Shown piece after piece: positions 52,591 to 64,000 of a DNA stretch of 64,000 nt. The notes under the pieces were generated by a model that saw only the letters and a list, made by a program, of their open reading frames with translations, had not been told where the DNA came from and ran no database searches. The position numbers and the translations under genes were made by a program. Positions within the stretch are counted from its first letter, which is position 1; every line of letters begins with the position of its first letter. This DNA comes from Octopus vulgaris (taxonomy: Eukaryota): assembly GCA_951406725.2 (NCBI GenBank), contig OX597814.1, forward strand, positions 161,944,001-162,008,000, read 5' to 3'.

Positions 52591-53830
52591 AAAAACATAT
52601 ATCCCCTCTTCTCCACCATTCCCATCTCAGATCTTTTCCTCATGCAGTTGTGAAACCTCCACTCACTCACACTTCTCATTCCTCTGTTCCCACTTGCATG
52701 AATTTGGTCAACCTAATCTATTGAAAAGAACGCTTAGTTAAGGTGCCACACAATGGGACTGAACTTGAAACCATGTGTTTGTGAAGTGAGCTTCTTAATC
52801 ATACTGCTGTGCTTCCACCTACTTATGTATTCATATATATATATTCTCACATGCATACACGCATGCACACACACACACACATGTGTATGTGTGTATGCGT
52901 GTATATTTAGCTCTCAGAAAATTGTCTTACATGAACTGCCAGTTTCTTATATCTTTTCTTCCCTCTTATCATATGCATCAGTTAATACCACTTTGAATCT
53001 ATGACCAGCAGAGATTTCTCTGAATTTCCAGTTCTTTCCTTTCCCACTCAATTTCTGTCTCTATGTCAGAATAGCTCATATTTTGAAGTCACTAACTACT
53101 AATCTGCATTTGGTAATACATTCTTCACCTGGGAAGGATTTGGCATTTATAATCATCTGCCAATCTCACTTCTTGGGGAGAATAAAATCTATCTGGCATG
53201 TGTGCTCTCCTTGTTAGTATTTGGAGTAGGAGATTTTCTAAAGTTTGTGCTGTAGATTAGGAGATCATTTGCTACATCCTTGCTCATTTCTTTTACAGTA
53301 TCCCAAGCCAACACACACTTCAGAGAAGCTATCAAAGTATTCTCCAACAAGGCCATTTAAATTGAAAGCTATGATAATGAAGCTACTGTCATCTGTTATT
53401 AGAGTAGTTTACAGAAGAGTATCATAAAATAGTCCTTCTGTTCAATCACAAGCTCTGAATATGGTGTATATGTGGAAATAATAATCACTGGAGTTTTGTC
53501 TACGACTAGTCTAAACTTTAAAATTCTGTCAGATGATCTGATTACCTCAGTTATCTTATGTAATCTTTTTTCTGCTAAGAGAATGCCATCCCACTCTTTC
53601 CAGTTCCCTTACTAACCCAGCAGAATTTGTACACCTGTTTCAATCTGGCTGAGGATTCTGTCCACCTTAGCTCTTGCACGCAGCAAATATCCACTCTTCA
53701 ATACTTTTACATTTCTACAATCTCACCTGACCTATCTACATAGTGCCAATGTTAGAAGTAGCCAACCTAAAGTTTTGAGTCTTACAGAGTTGAAGTGGGG
53801 TTTCGGATGTGCAGTTCCTCATGCTTCTCA

Positions 53831-53846
53831 TGTATGTATGTATGTA

Positions 53847-53914
<68 letters not shown>

Positions 53915-53922
53915 AGCGAGCG
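53831..53922. repeat. (TATG)n-(TGCG)n-(AGCG)n microsatellite
   Basis: Read directly. Confidence 0.95.
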
Positions 53923-56181
53923 ACTTTTGATGTACATTTTTCTTACTCATAAAACAGAAATACAATTGTTACTATACTACAGGTATTCATTCACTTTTTA
54001 TTGAATTATTAACAGCTGAGCATAACTATGTAGCATTTCAATAGTTAAGTGTTTCATACAATATTGACTAATTAAGCTATATATTTAACATACATTTTAT
54101 TGATGTTTAAGTCTTTGATAAATATTTGATAGTTGGAATATCTAACAATTATGCATAGTATTTAAACGCAAGACCTTGTATTTAGCTACTAAATTCTCAG
54201 ATGTGACTTTTAAGCTTAGTTACAAACTGTTCATTTAACTAATCTATAATCAATCAGAAGAGTTTTAAGAATGCCTTTAGCAACCACCGTTTTTTCATCC
54301 ACTCCTATTTTGTTTTCTTATTCTCTTACAACAGAATAAAGGATTGTTCTGTTGATCAGTTCAGTCATTAACACTGTTCCTCTTGAATGGTTTTCTTTTC
54401 TGATTACTTCATCCCAAAATACATTTGACAGATTCTTGTAATATCATTTTGGATAGAAAGTTATGTTGCAAAATGTAAACATATCAGTTAAGCTTGTTTA
54501 GCAAGAAAGGATTCTGGATGGAGTCCTGTTTGCGAGTAAGTGCAGTAAATTATTTTACAAAATTGTTAACTTTGCAATCTTTATAAGTGAATCATGAGAT
54601 TTGGAAATATTTAAGAACCTGTTTTGCTACTTTTATAACATCTTATTTAGTGTCAGTGTTGCAGGAAACTTTTGAAGTTGTTGCTCATTCAAATTATGGC
54701 AGATAAGGTAGGTTTTAGACTTGCTTTTATTGCTCTTGACAAATAGCTGTCCTTATATAGCTTCAAGATCTATCGTCTATCCTTAGGTGACATCAAAATC
54801 CTTAAAATTACCTGCCTTATATATTCCTTATTTAATTTGATTACTATACATATTGATTTCTTACATAGAGAGAAGGTCTCATATTTTTAAGAGGAGTTAG
54901 TTACTTTTATTGACTCTAAAATTTGACCTCAGAAGAATGGAAGACAGTATCTTCCCTAGTAGGATTTGAAATAATAGGAAGAACCATAATTTTATTCCAC
55001 ATGTTGTTTTTACCTGTTAATAATTTCCAGAGATCTAGTTTCATAGCCTTCTTAGATGTTGATATGCTTACTGAATCACAGGTTTTAGATAACGGAGAAG
55101 TGCAAGTCTAGTACAATATCTTGCATGATGTATACACGTACTAATGAAAAGTAGATGTTGAACACAACAAAATGTAATAAATATGCTTGAAGTATTTCTG
55201 CTGTATTTTTTCCTCTTTGAATCTCTCTAGAGTTCTTTGATTGCTCAGATGAGGCTAGTATTGATCCTAAAATTTCTCATCAATTGCCAACACCTTGGTA
55301 AAAATCTATAAAATTGTAAAACAGGTCATATTGATGCAGCATTGATATTAAAAAAAAAAACATGCTCTTTTGAAATACTGCTTGTGTTTTTGCAAGGATT
55401 TATTCAGCTGTTCATTTCAGTATGTTGAGAATTCTCATTATCACTTTTTTGTGTCAATTTTATCAGGGTTCAGTTTCTATTTAAATTGCTAAACATAGTA
55501 TTTTGCTACAAGAATCAAGATTTTTACTGTTAGATCCAATATTTAGTACCCAAATGCAAAAAATTCAGCAGTTTAATGTTGAATAGTTAGAAAGAGCATT
55601 TAACTATTAAGTGCTGTATATAGAGGAAAAGATTAAACACCAATAAACATTAACTGTAGTATTAGAAAAGCTTAAAAAATATTTTGTCTTACTTTACACA
55701 AACTTCCAGCTACCATTTTCCCCACCTTACTCTTGGAAATCAATGGGATCAATGTTTTAAAAATACTCCATCAAGGAAATTCCTTATATTGGAAGCATGT
55801 TCAATATTTATTCTGATACTCTCTCAGCTCTCTTTCTTTTTCTTTCAGTATCTCCATTGGCACATTATATGAAAAAAATTACCAGTCTCCAATGAAAACA
55901 TAACATTGGTGCAGAAGAAAGGATGAAAGTAGTTCAGACCTGTAAAGAAACATTGCTTTTCTGCCAGTTTAATTTCAAAAATAGAGCTATAAAAACATAG
56001 TGGAACTTACTTAAGAGAGATTAAACTTAATCTTCTTTTAATTTAGGTTTTGTTATATCTTTTTTTTTAACAATTAGAATAATGATGAGGATGATGAAAA
56101 TGAATTTGATGATGATATGAACAACAATGATGATGATGATAACAAGGATAGTAGTTGTATTGATGATGACGTCAGTGCTAC

Positions 56182-56223
<42 letters not shown>

Positions 56224-56691
56224 ATTATTATTATTATGCAAGCTAGATAACAAGTTAGGAGCATCTTAGATTTCACTTGATTGAATTAAATTCAATCAAT
56301 TTTGGACATTGACGTAAAGAGGTATAATGAAAGCATTGTACAGTAAGCCAGTATCTTTTTTTAAATCTATTCTATGTTCCAAGTGTAAAATGTTGTGATA
56401 CTGGTTATACAACAAATTAGGAACAATAAAGATGTTGTTACTCAACTTGGTTTACCCTATGTTTTAGAACTTCACCACCTAAATGTTATTAATATGCAAT
56501 GATAATTATGAGGGAGGGAATAGTCAATTCAATCAACCCTAGTGCTTGACTAACACTTGTTTAATCAACAGCAAAAAGATGTAATGTGAAATCAACCTTA
56601 TTGAGAATAACAATCAGAATAAAAGAATGTAGCTAACTATCACATGGCATTTTGTTCAATATAATAATAATTAAAGTAATAATAATGATAA

Positions 56692-56905
56692 TCCTTTCTA
56701 CTAATGGCAGAAGGCCTGAATTTTAGTGGGTGGGGGCAAGTCAATTACATCGACCCAGTACTCAACTGGTACTTATTTTACCAACCCCCAAAAAATGAAA
56801 GGCAAAGTTAACCTCAGCCAAATTTGAACTGAGAATGTAAAGATGAATGAAATGCCACAAAGCATTTTGCTCAACACAGTAATGATTCTGCCAGCTCACA
56901 GCTTT
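56692..56905 (-). mobile_element. SINE family 1 (an older decayed copy lies at ~56510-56660)
   Basis: CTGGTACTTATTTTA..GAAAGGCAAAG..ATTTGAACT..TTCTGCCAGCTC. Confidence 0.8.
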
Positions 56906-56928
56906 AATAATAATAATAATAATAATAA

Positions 56929-57162
56929 TCATTGTTTAACGTCTGTTTTCCATGCTAGCATGGGTTAGATGGTTTGACCAGGGTCTGGGAAGCCAGGAGG
57001 CTGCACTAGGCTCCAGTCTGATCTGGCAGTGTTTCTACAGCTGGATGCCCTTCCTAACACCAACCACTCTACGAGTATAGTGGCTGCTTTTTCCGTGCCA
57101 CTGGCACAGGTGCCAGACAAGGCTGGCAACGGCCACGATCGGCTGGTGCTTTTTACGTGCCA
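56929..57162 (-). mobile_element. RTE LINE 3' end
   Basis: GTTTAACGTCTGTTTTCCATGCTAGCATGGG 3'UTR motif. Confidence 0.7.
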
Positions 57163-57479
57163 TAATAATAATAATAACAGCAACAACAATAACAGCAGCA
57201 GTAATGATGGTGGCAGCAGTGGCGATGACAATGACAAAGATAATGAGTTGAGACAAGGAATGTGAACTAGTCTCCACACTTGTGGATTAAGCAAAGATGA
57301 GAACACTTCAAGATTTAAAAAAGTTTAGGTGCCTGTTAGAAAAGGAAATTCATCATAAGAGTGTAGAGTTAATATTTGGAAGGAAAAGATCAACAGATAT
57401 ATAGAATCATTTAAGATGACAACTTCTCTCTGTCTTTTTGTAATTAACTTTGGATAAGCTGAATTTTCTGGGGCATCCA

Positions 57480-58285
57480 TATTTTTCCATGCTTCTTTCA
57501 AAAGTGCGTCTTCTATTTAGTGTCAAAAGCTTTGATAGAATATTTGGTATCCTCTTCCTAAAATTGAAGCTGTCCAGCAGCAAATCTTTCTAAAAGCCAT
57601 ATTGTAAAGGTAAATAATAAACATCCTTAAAGTCCTGTGGAACGATCTCATGTTGTCAAATAATTTGAAGCAATTCATGAAGATTCTCAATTAGTGCTAA
57701 TCCATCTTCTTTGTAGATCTTAGCAGGGATAGATTCTGAACCAGATGCTTTACCACTGGATAGCTTTTTGCAACTCCTCCAAAGCTGATTTGGCATCCAC
57801 ATTCTTATAAATTAGAACCTGGGGGAGCTAATCAATGGATTCATCATTGATGGTAGAAAGGTGATTCAGTACATTGACAAAATGCTTGGGACAGATGATG
57901 TTTAAGGTGGCAGAGTCATGGATTTCTTTCAGGCTATTGTTGGATTTTTTTCATATCTTTTCTACCAGTATAGCCTTGGATTTTATCAGCTATGCTGCTC
58001 AACCATGAGTTCTGGATCTGACATAGTATCAGCTTGATAGTGTTGTGAAGTTTCCTTCGGGCACTCTTATTTACTGAAGACTTTGTGTCATCAAGATGGG
58101 CTTTGTATGTGCAGCATTTGTTTACAAGCAACTGGGCAACAGGCTGGACTCCTAGGAAGTTTTCATCAGATCAATCTTTATACTTCCTGATTAAGAGCCC
58201 AAGGCAATTCATGGCTGTGTTGTACACTGTGTCACAATGTGTGCTCCATGTTGCTTCCAAATCCAGATTTCCCACCACAATGGAC
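57480..58285 (-). mobile_element. Degenerate RTE (BovB-like) LINE fragment, linker and RT N-terminus
   Basis: IQNSWLSSIADKIQGY and KLSSGKASGSESIPAKIYK..VPQDFKD. Confidence 0.7.
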
Positions 58286-58290
58286 TATAT

Positions 58291-58708
58291 ACAAGAAAGT
58301 ATTCAAAAGTAACTGGAAACATCCTCTGTAAGAGAAGACTGTTGTAATTCAGGCTTCTGCCAATAGAAGTCACTTGATGTGACCCTCAGGCATCAGTCTG
58401 CTGACCGGCAACAGCGAGTGATGACGTGATGAAACATGGTGCATCTTTGATTTGCAGTGCTTCTCCCCTGTTCATCGATTTTTGAAATGGCTGAAAAGAA
58501 GGAACAGGATGCTTCTGTGAGATTCTGTCTTCTGTTGGGGAAAATGGCAATTGAAACTGTTGTCATGCTTTAAACAGTGGAAAACACATCTGGACCAATG
58601 CATTGCTTCAAATGGAGAATACTTTGAAGGCATTAAAAGTGTAAACATATAAAATTAAGTGAATGAAATAATATTGCAAAATTCTGGCTTCTTTTGGGGA
58701 CCCCCTTG
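58291..58708 (+). mobile_element. Internally deleted mariner-derived element
   Basis: TA-bounded ends CAAGAAAGTATTCAAAAG / CTTTTGGGGACCCCCTTG; internal MAEKKEQDASVRFCLLLGKMAIETVVML resembles a mariner N-terminus. Confidence 0.6.
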
Positions 58709-58718
58709 TATATATACA

Positions 58719-59571
58719 CAGGGTATGATGGGTATATTTTTAATTTCATGCATGCTCATTGTTTGTTTTTGATTTTGTTAACTACACAATATAGTAGGGT
58801 CAGTTGGGCACCGTCTGCAAGAAAAACAGCGCCATGACACAATTCACTCTTCCAGAAATTTGGAAATGACATGCTGTACTGCTTGACATTTGCACCAGAA
58901 GTTCCAATATGAACATTTCAGAGTTCTTGAGTGGCAATCTGAGGACATACTGAAAGTGATAAAAATCAGACATCCAGTCAACATCATGGTGTTTAGAGTG
59001 ATCACAAGTTATGGCAGCGTTATGCCTCCATTCATCTTCCTACATGGCCTCAGACTCACACAAAGGCCTACATCAAGTGCCTGGAGGAGGTAGTGCTGCC
59101 CTGGGTCAAGAGGATGGCTGCTGGAAGATTCTATGTCTGGCAACAGGATTCTGCACCAAGCCACACAAGCAGGGGAACCCAGTATTGGCTGTCAGATAAT
59201 TTCTGTGACCACATCACTCCTAACATCTGGCCACTTAACTCCCCAGACTGCAACCCTCTTGATTATTATGTGTGGGGCGCAGTTGAGTGAGAGACCAACA
59301 AAACTCCTTGTAACACTAAAGATGAACTGAAGGCAAAGATTATGGCAGCATTCACCAACTTAGACAAGGGGACTGTCCAGAAGAGTTGCCAGAGATTTCA
59401 AAGTCATCTGGAGGCCGTGGTTGAAGCCAATGGCGATTTTATTGAATGTATTTATTCTTTAGTATTTCAAGATGTTTTTTGCAATTTTGGTAAATATATC
59501 TGTTAAAATGTGATGTCAGTGTTATTTTCATTTTTGCGTAATTTAGACGACAGTTTATTCATCGCACCCTG
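58719..59571 (+). mobile_element. Internally deleted DD37D (maT-type) Tc1/mariner transposon
   Basis: TIRs CAGGGTATGATG / CATCGCACCCTG in TA context. WQQDSAPSH...WPLNSPDCNPLDYYVWG has 37 residues between the second and third catalytic Asp. Confidence 0.8.
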
Positions 59572-60609
59572 TATATATATATATATATATCATCAGTAAA
59601 TCATAAATTCAAAAGAAAAGCACACTCTAAGTTATGTACACACATTTGTGTGTGTGTGTGTGTGTGTGTAATGTATGTGCCAACGTTATAACATTTTCAT
59701 ATGCTGTATAAATGTGCATATATTTATGTGTATGTGTAGACTCCTAATAGGTAGTATTTCTGACATACTGTTTTTACTTGAATACAATGCAATATTGAAT
59801 ATAATGTGAGCTCTACTTCTTTTATGTGAAAATCAATGTTATATTTTAACCTCTTTTAATTTTTTCTTTACACAAGAGTATAATGCCACCCTACAATTTT
59901 GATCTTGATGTTTCGCATTAAATAATTGATTATACAGTTATAGAGGAGCGTCGTCAATCAAGGAACACTTGACACACAGGCTAACCTGATTACCAGAGGT
60001 AAAGACCCTCTCCCAACTATTATTTTCTGATACATGCAGAGAGTGAATTCATAGATCCATTCTGTCTTACTTTTTTACCACTATCACCCACCTTTTAATA
60101 TATTTAGTGAAGGAATAATGATAATAAAATGGAGAGGAAAATGGTATATCAGTAAGTGTTTCAATATGTTCTGAGTTCAAATATAGCCTTTATCCCTTCT
60201 TAGTCAAAGAAACAAACACTTGTTGATGACTAATCTTAAATTCCTTCTGATCCAGCAGAACTACGATCAAAATTATTCCAACCATGACCATCCTGTGTTT
60301 TTAAAAGTATTTAGAACTACATCATCAAATATATTCTTTCCTTGTGTAAGATGATAAAATGTTAATTGTGGAAAATTTGATCATTTCTCTCACATCACAC
60401 AATTCTTACATAGGCACATTATACTTAAGTGAATTCAATGAAATATGCTCAATCACTTGAGAAAATTAGCTTAGCATTAATTAAAGAACAATATGTTTCT
60501 GTCATAATTATATTTTCAAGTGTGAAAGCACAGTAAAATAAAATTATGGCAAATTGTTTTCCCTAGTTTACATTATTAATGTTATTAATGCTAAATTATG
60601 GATATTTAC

Positions 60610-60662
<53 letters not shown>

Positions 60663-61869
60663 CATATATATATATATATGCACGTGTGTGTATTAGAGAT
60701 ATTACATATGAGTTGTCCCTTGCAGTTCACTTAGAACAATAGCATTTTTTTTCAATCCATCATCAACAATTCAACATTTCTGACTTTCAGCCTCATCATC
60801 AGGATGTGAGGTATTATTGGCATATGAAGGTAAATAGAAGGCAGATGTAATTACAGCATGATATAAGAGCAAAAACTGAAGAATGCACATCAGAATTCTA
60901 GAGAAAATTGATTGAACAACAAATATACATAGCCATCTAAGTGACATAAAAGCTGAACATTTTCAGTTAAAAACTGAAGTAGTAAGATTATTAAATTATA
61001 AACATTAATCAACAAATGTGTGTGTGTGTGTGTGTATTTTTAGAAAGTTAAAAGTTATGGCTGGTCATAAAGTGACCATTGGTTTTGCACCTATAAAGCA
61101 CTTAGCAGTATAGGTATCTTGTCAGACTCAAATGGTTAAAGGCACATAACCTCTCTACTACTAGAGGAAGAAATACGTAATGGTCAGTTGGTTTTGTAAA
61201 CAAAATATAATTTTCTGTGCTGCAGATTGGATGGGTTCATCCCCATTACATCGGCTCCAGCCATGGTGATATTCAAAGAGGCTGTGGTAGTACTATTCAA
61301 CGAATGAGGAATTCCAAGTCTGAAATATGCAACCTTTTAGATAAGTGCTTTGACTGAATGCTTCTTTCCTGAAGTTTAAAAAGGTCCCTGGCTTGAGCAA
61401 GTTCTTCTGGATACTTGCTCTCCCTGCCACTAGAAAGTTACAACATCATGTTCCAGACCAACTATGTATGGTACTTTAAATAGAAAGGAACCCCATACAT
61501 AATTAAATGGAAGCTCCTTGGACAGCTGGGGGCTTATGTAAATGGGAGTAAATGATGGAAACTTACTTCCAATGCCAATTAAGGCAAAATTTCCAAGTGA
61601 ATATTTACATAATATTCACAGTTTCTTAACTTTAGAGTGGCACCTCTTCAGACCTGCGCCAAAGGTATGCTCTTATATTGTATGTCTGATGGGCTTTGTG
61701 TATTGGTTATATCAGGAGAAAACAAAAAGTAATAAAAATAAAAATGTAAATAGACTGTGAAAAGATGGATAGGACAAGTACTTGCTCAGTCCATCTTTTC
61801 ACAGTTTAAAACTGTTGACATTACGTAAATTTTCACTTGGAACTTTTGTGTGCTCTAGGACTAACTTAT

Positions 61870-63440
61870 ATTTTGCATTTGTGGCTCCATTGGTGGCTAA
61901 TGAGTCCTGCTCTTGACAAGCCTACATGACTGCAAACATTGCAAACCAAACCTTCCCCATTCACTAAACCAGCAATGTGCTTTCGAGCAGCATGCTTAAG
62001 TTCTTCATGCAGAACATGTGCTCTCTCAAAAGTGTTGAACCCCTTTTTAACCTGCTTTATCCATCTGTGACGATAACAGGCATTGCTCTCCTAGTCAGTC
62101 TCCTGCATATCACAGGCCTTTAATGAGGACCTGACACATTCCTTAAATCACAGCCTTGGTTTCTGCTGGGGTCTCTATCCATTCACAAGTTCCCCATATA
62201 GCATCTGCTTAGGGATCCTGCTATCCTTCATTCTAATAAGGTGTCCAGTCCATCCTAACCGGTATTTGTGTACCACTGCCTTAATACTCAAGATATCAGC
62301 TGTCCTCAGGACATGTATATCTGGTGTTTCTAAGGTTCAGCCAACATTCAGAATGTGTCTGAGACATCTCTGATGAAAATGTTCAAGGACCCTTACATGA
62401 TGTTTGTAAAGGGTCCATGTCTCACATGAGTAAAGGAGTGATGTCAGTACATATGCATGGTACATAGCAGTTTTTGTTTGCTTTATGATGCCATGCTGGG
62501 ACCAGACATGAGACTGAAAAGATCGGAAGGAATTAGTTGCTCTCTGCAGCCTGAAAGATATTTCATCATTCAGGGTGCAAGAACAGCTGAGTGTGCTGCC
62601 CAGGTAGACAAACTTGTCTACCACTTTCAGAATTGTTCCTTCAACCAAGATAGCTGGTTCCACTTATGGAGGTCACAAATAAGAGACTGGAAAACTTTTG
62701 AATTGGCAGCAAATTGGTGCAGATTAAAGAGGCAGCCAGAAGATCGATACCTGACATAATTCCCAGAAAGCTAACCTTAGCTTGAGTAAAAGCAGCAGCA
62801 AAGAGAGTTGGGGTAAGGATGTCACCATTCTCTTCAGGAATGGGTCCCGCTATGCCACCACCAACATTGACCCAAGTTTTCTCCCAGCATGAAATGATTT
62901 AATTATAGATACAAAATGATTCAGACATCCAAGATTTCCAAGTATTTTCCATAGCAAGGCCCTATTCACAGTATCAAAGGCCTTGGTTAAATCAATGAAT
63001 ACCTGGACAATATCCATATTCTGTTCATAACACTTCTGCATCTGTCTTGCTGTGAAAATCATATCCATTGTCCCTCTACCAGATCGGAAGCCACATTGAG
63101 ATTCAGATAGGACATCATTTACAAGACACCCATTCAGGCAGGTAAGAAGAATATTTGCCAGAACTTTACCAGCAGCTGATAGTAGAGCAATACCTCTGTA
63201 GTTACCACACATTGTTCTGGTTCCTTTTCCTTTATAGAGAGGGACAAAAATTGCATCTTTTCAGTCCTTAGGCATTGCACCATCCCTCCAGACTGCACTA
63301 GTAAGTTCATGAAGGGACTGTATGATGTAATCACCACCAAATCGCAAGATCTCAGCACAAATTCCATCCTTTCCAGGTGCCCTACCAAGATTCAATTTAC
63401 TTATTGATGTTATTACTTCATCTATTGAAATATTATTAAT
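61870..63440 (-). mobile_element. Degenerate RTE (BovB-like) LINE reverse transcriptase
   Basis: GRAPGKDGICAEIL, CGNYRGIALLSAAGKVLA..ESQCGFRSGRGTMDMIFTARQMQ..VFIDLTKAFDTVNR and VDKFVYLGSTLS..LLYSCETW..FHQRCLRHIL; stops, frameshifts and an internal deletion. Confidence 0.92.
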
Positions 63441-64000
63441 AGTCAGCATAAAAACAACAAATATTTACATAAATAAACAGCAAATGCTACACCAGACGTG
63501 CAGTCAAAAGTTACAAGAGTAACATATATACACAGTTCAGACTCCATATCCCAGTTTTTGGTCTCCACAAAATTGGCATCACACAAATTTGGTTTTTCAA
63601 AAATAGCATTCCAAAAATTTTGGATTTCATAAAATCCGGATTTCCATTTTTGTACAAATTCAGTTTTTGCATTTCAGATTTCAACAGTGGATTTTGAACC
63701 TTGATTTCATAAAATCTGTCTATCAATTCGGTGTTCAACTTTGGGTTTCAAACCTTGGATATTGAACCTTGGAATATAGAAACCTTGGACATACACATAA
63801 TTAAATCTAATGTCAAAGCAACCATTTAAACTAAAGGTTCATGACACAAAACAGCTGCCAAACTGCATCAATAATTATTGTTAAAAAATTAAATAGTCAA
63901 GCAAAAAGCTAGTTTGCTTTAAATTCACACAAACCTGCTTAATACAAGTATACTGAATAACCATTGGACAAAATTTACAGTTAGTTGTCTAATACAAAAA

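Overview
AT-rich, microsatellite-dense animal genomic DNA. The repeat families (tRNA-derived SINEs, RTE LINE 3' ends with (GAT)n tails, degenerate mariners) suggest an octopus or other cephalopod; that assignment is an inference. I found no intact protein-coding gene. Most of the long ORFs are microsatellite artefacts or decayed transposase/reverse-transcriptase fragments, so the window looks intronic or intergenic, with only a few weak candidate exons. Contents: four copies of one mariner family, a second mariner family, a DD37D (maT-type) remnant, several MITEs, a short non-autonomous Helitron, RTE LINE fragments, two SINE families and many SSRs. The standout is a young, GC-rich 931-bp insertion in a (TA)n tract (26652-27582). 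It consists of a 249-bp inverted arm followed by about 1.9 tandem copies of a 358-nt unit. Each unit carries a minimal type I hammerhead ribozyme with a compensatory U3-A8 core (UUGACAA instead of CUGANGA) and a palindromic ACCGGU stem III. This fits a retrozyme or non-autonomous Penelope-like element predicted to release a 358-nt, possibly circular, RNA. Fold-back hairpins in another (TA)n tract at ~52.3 kb start with the same TAATAAATCTCT motif. SINEs have also inserted repeatedly into the same target site at two loci.
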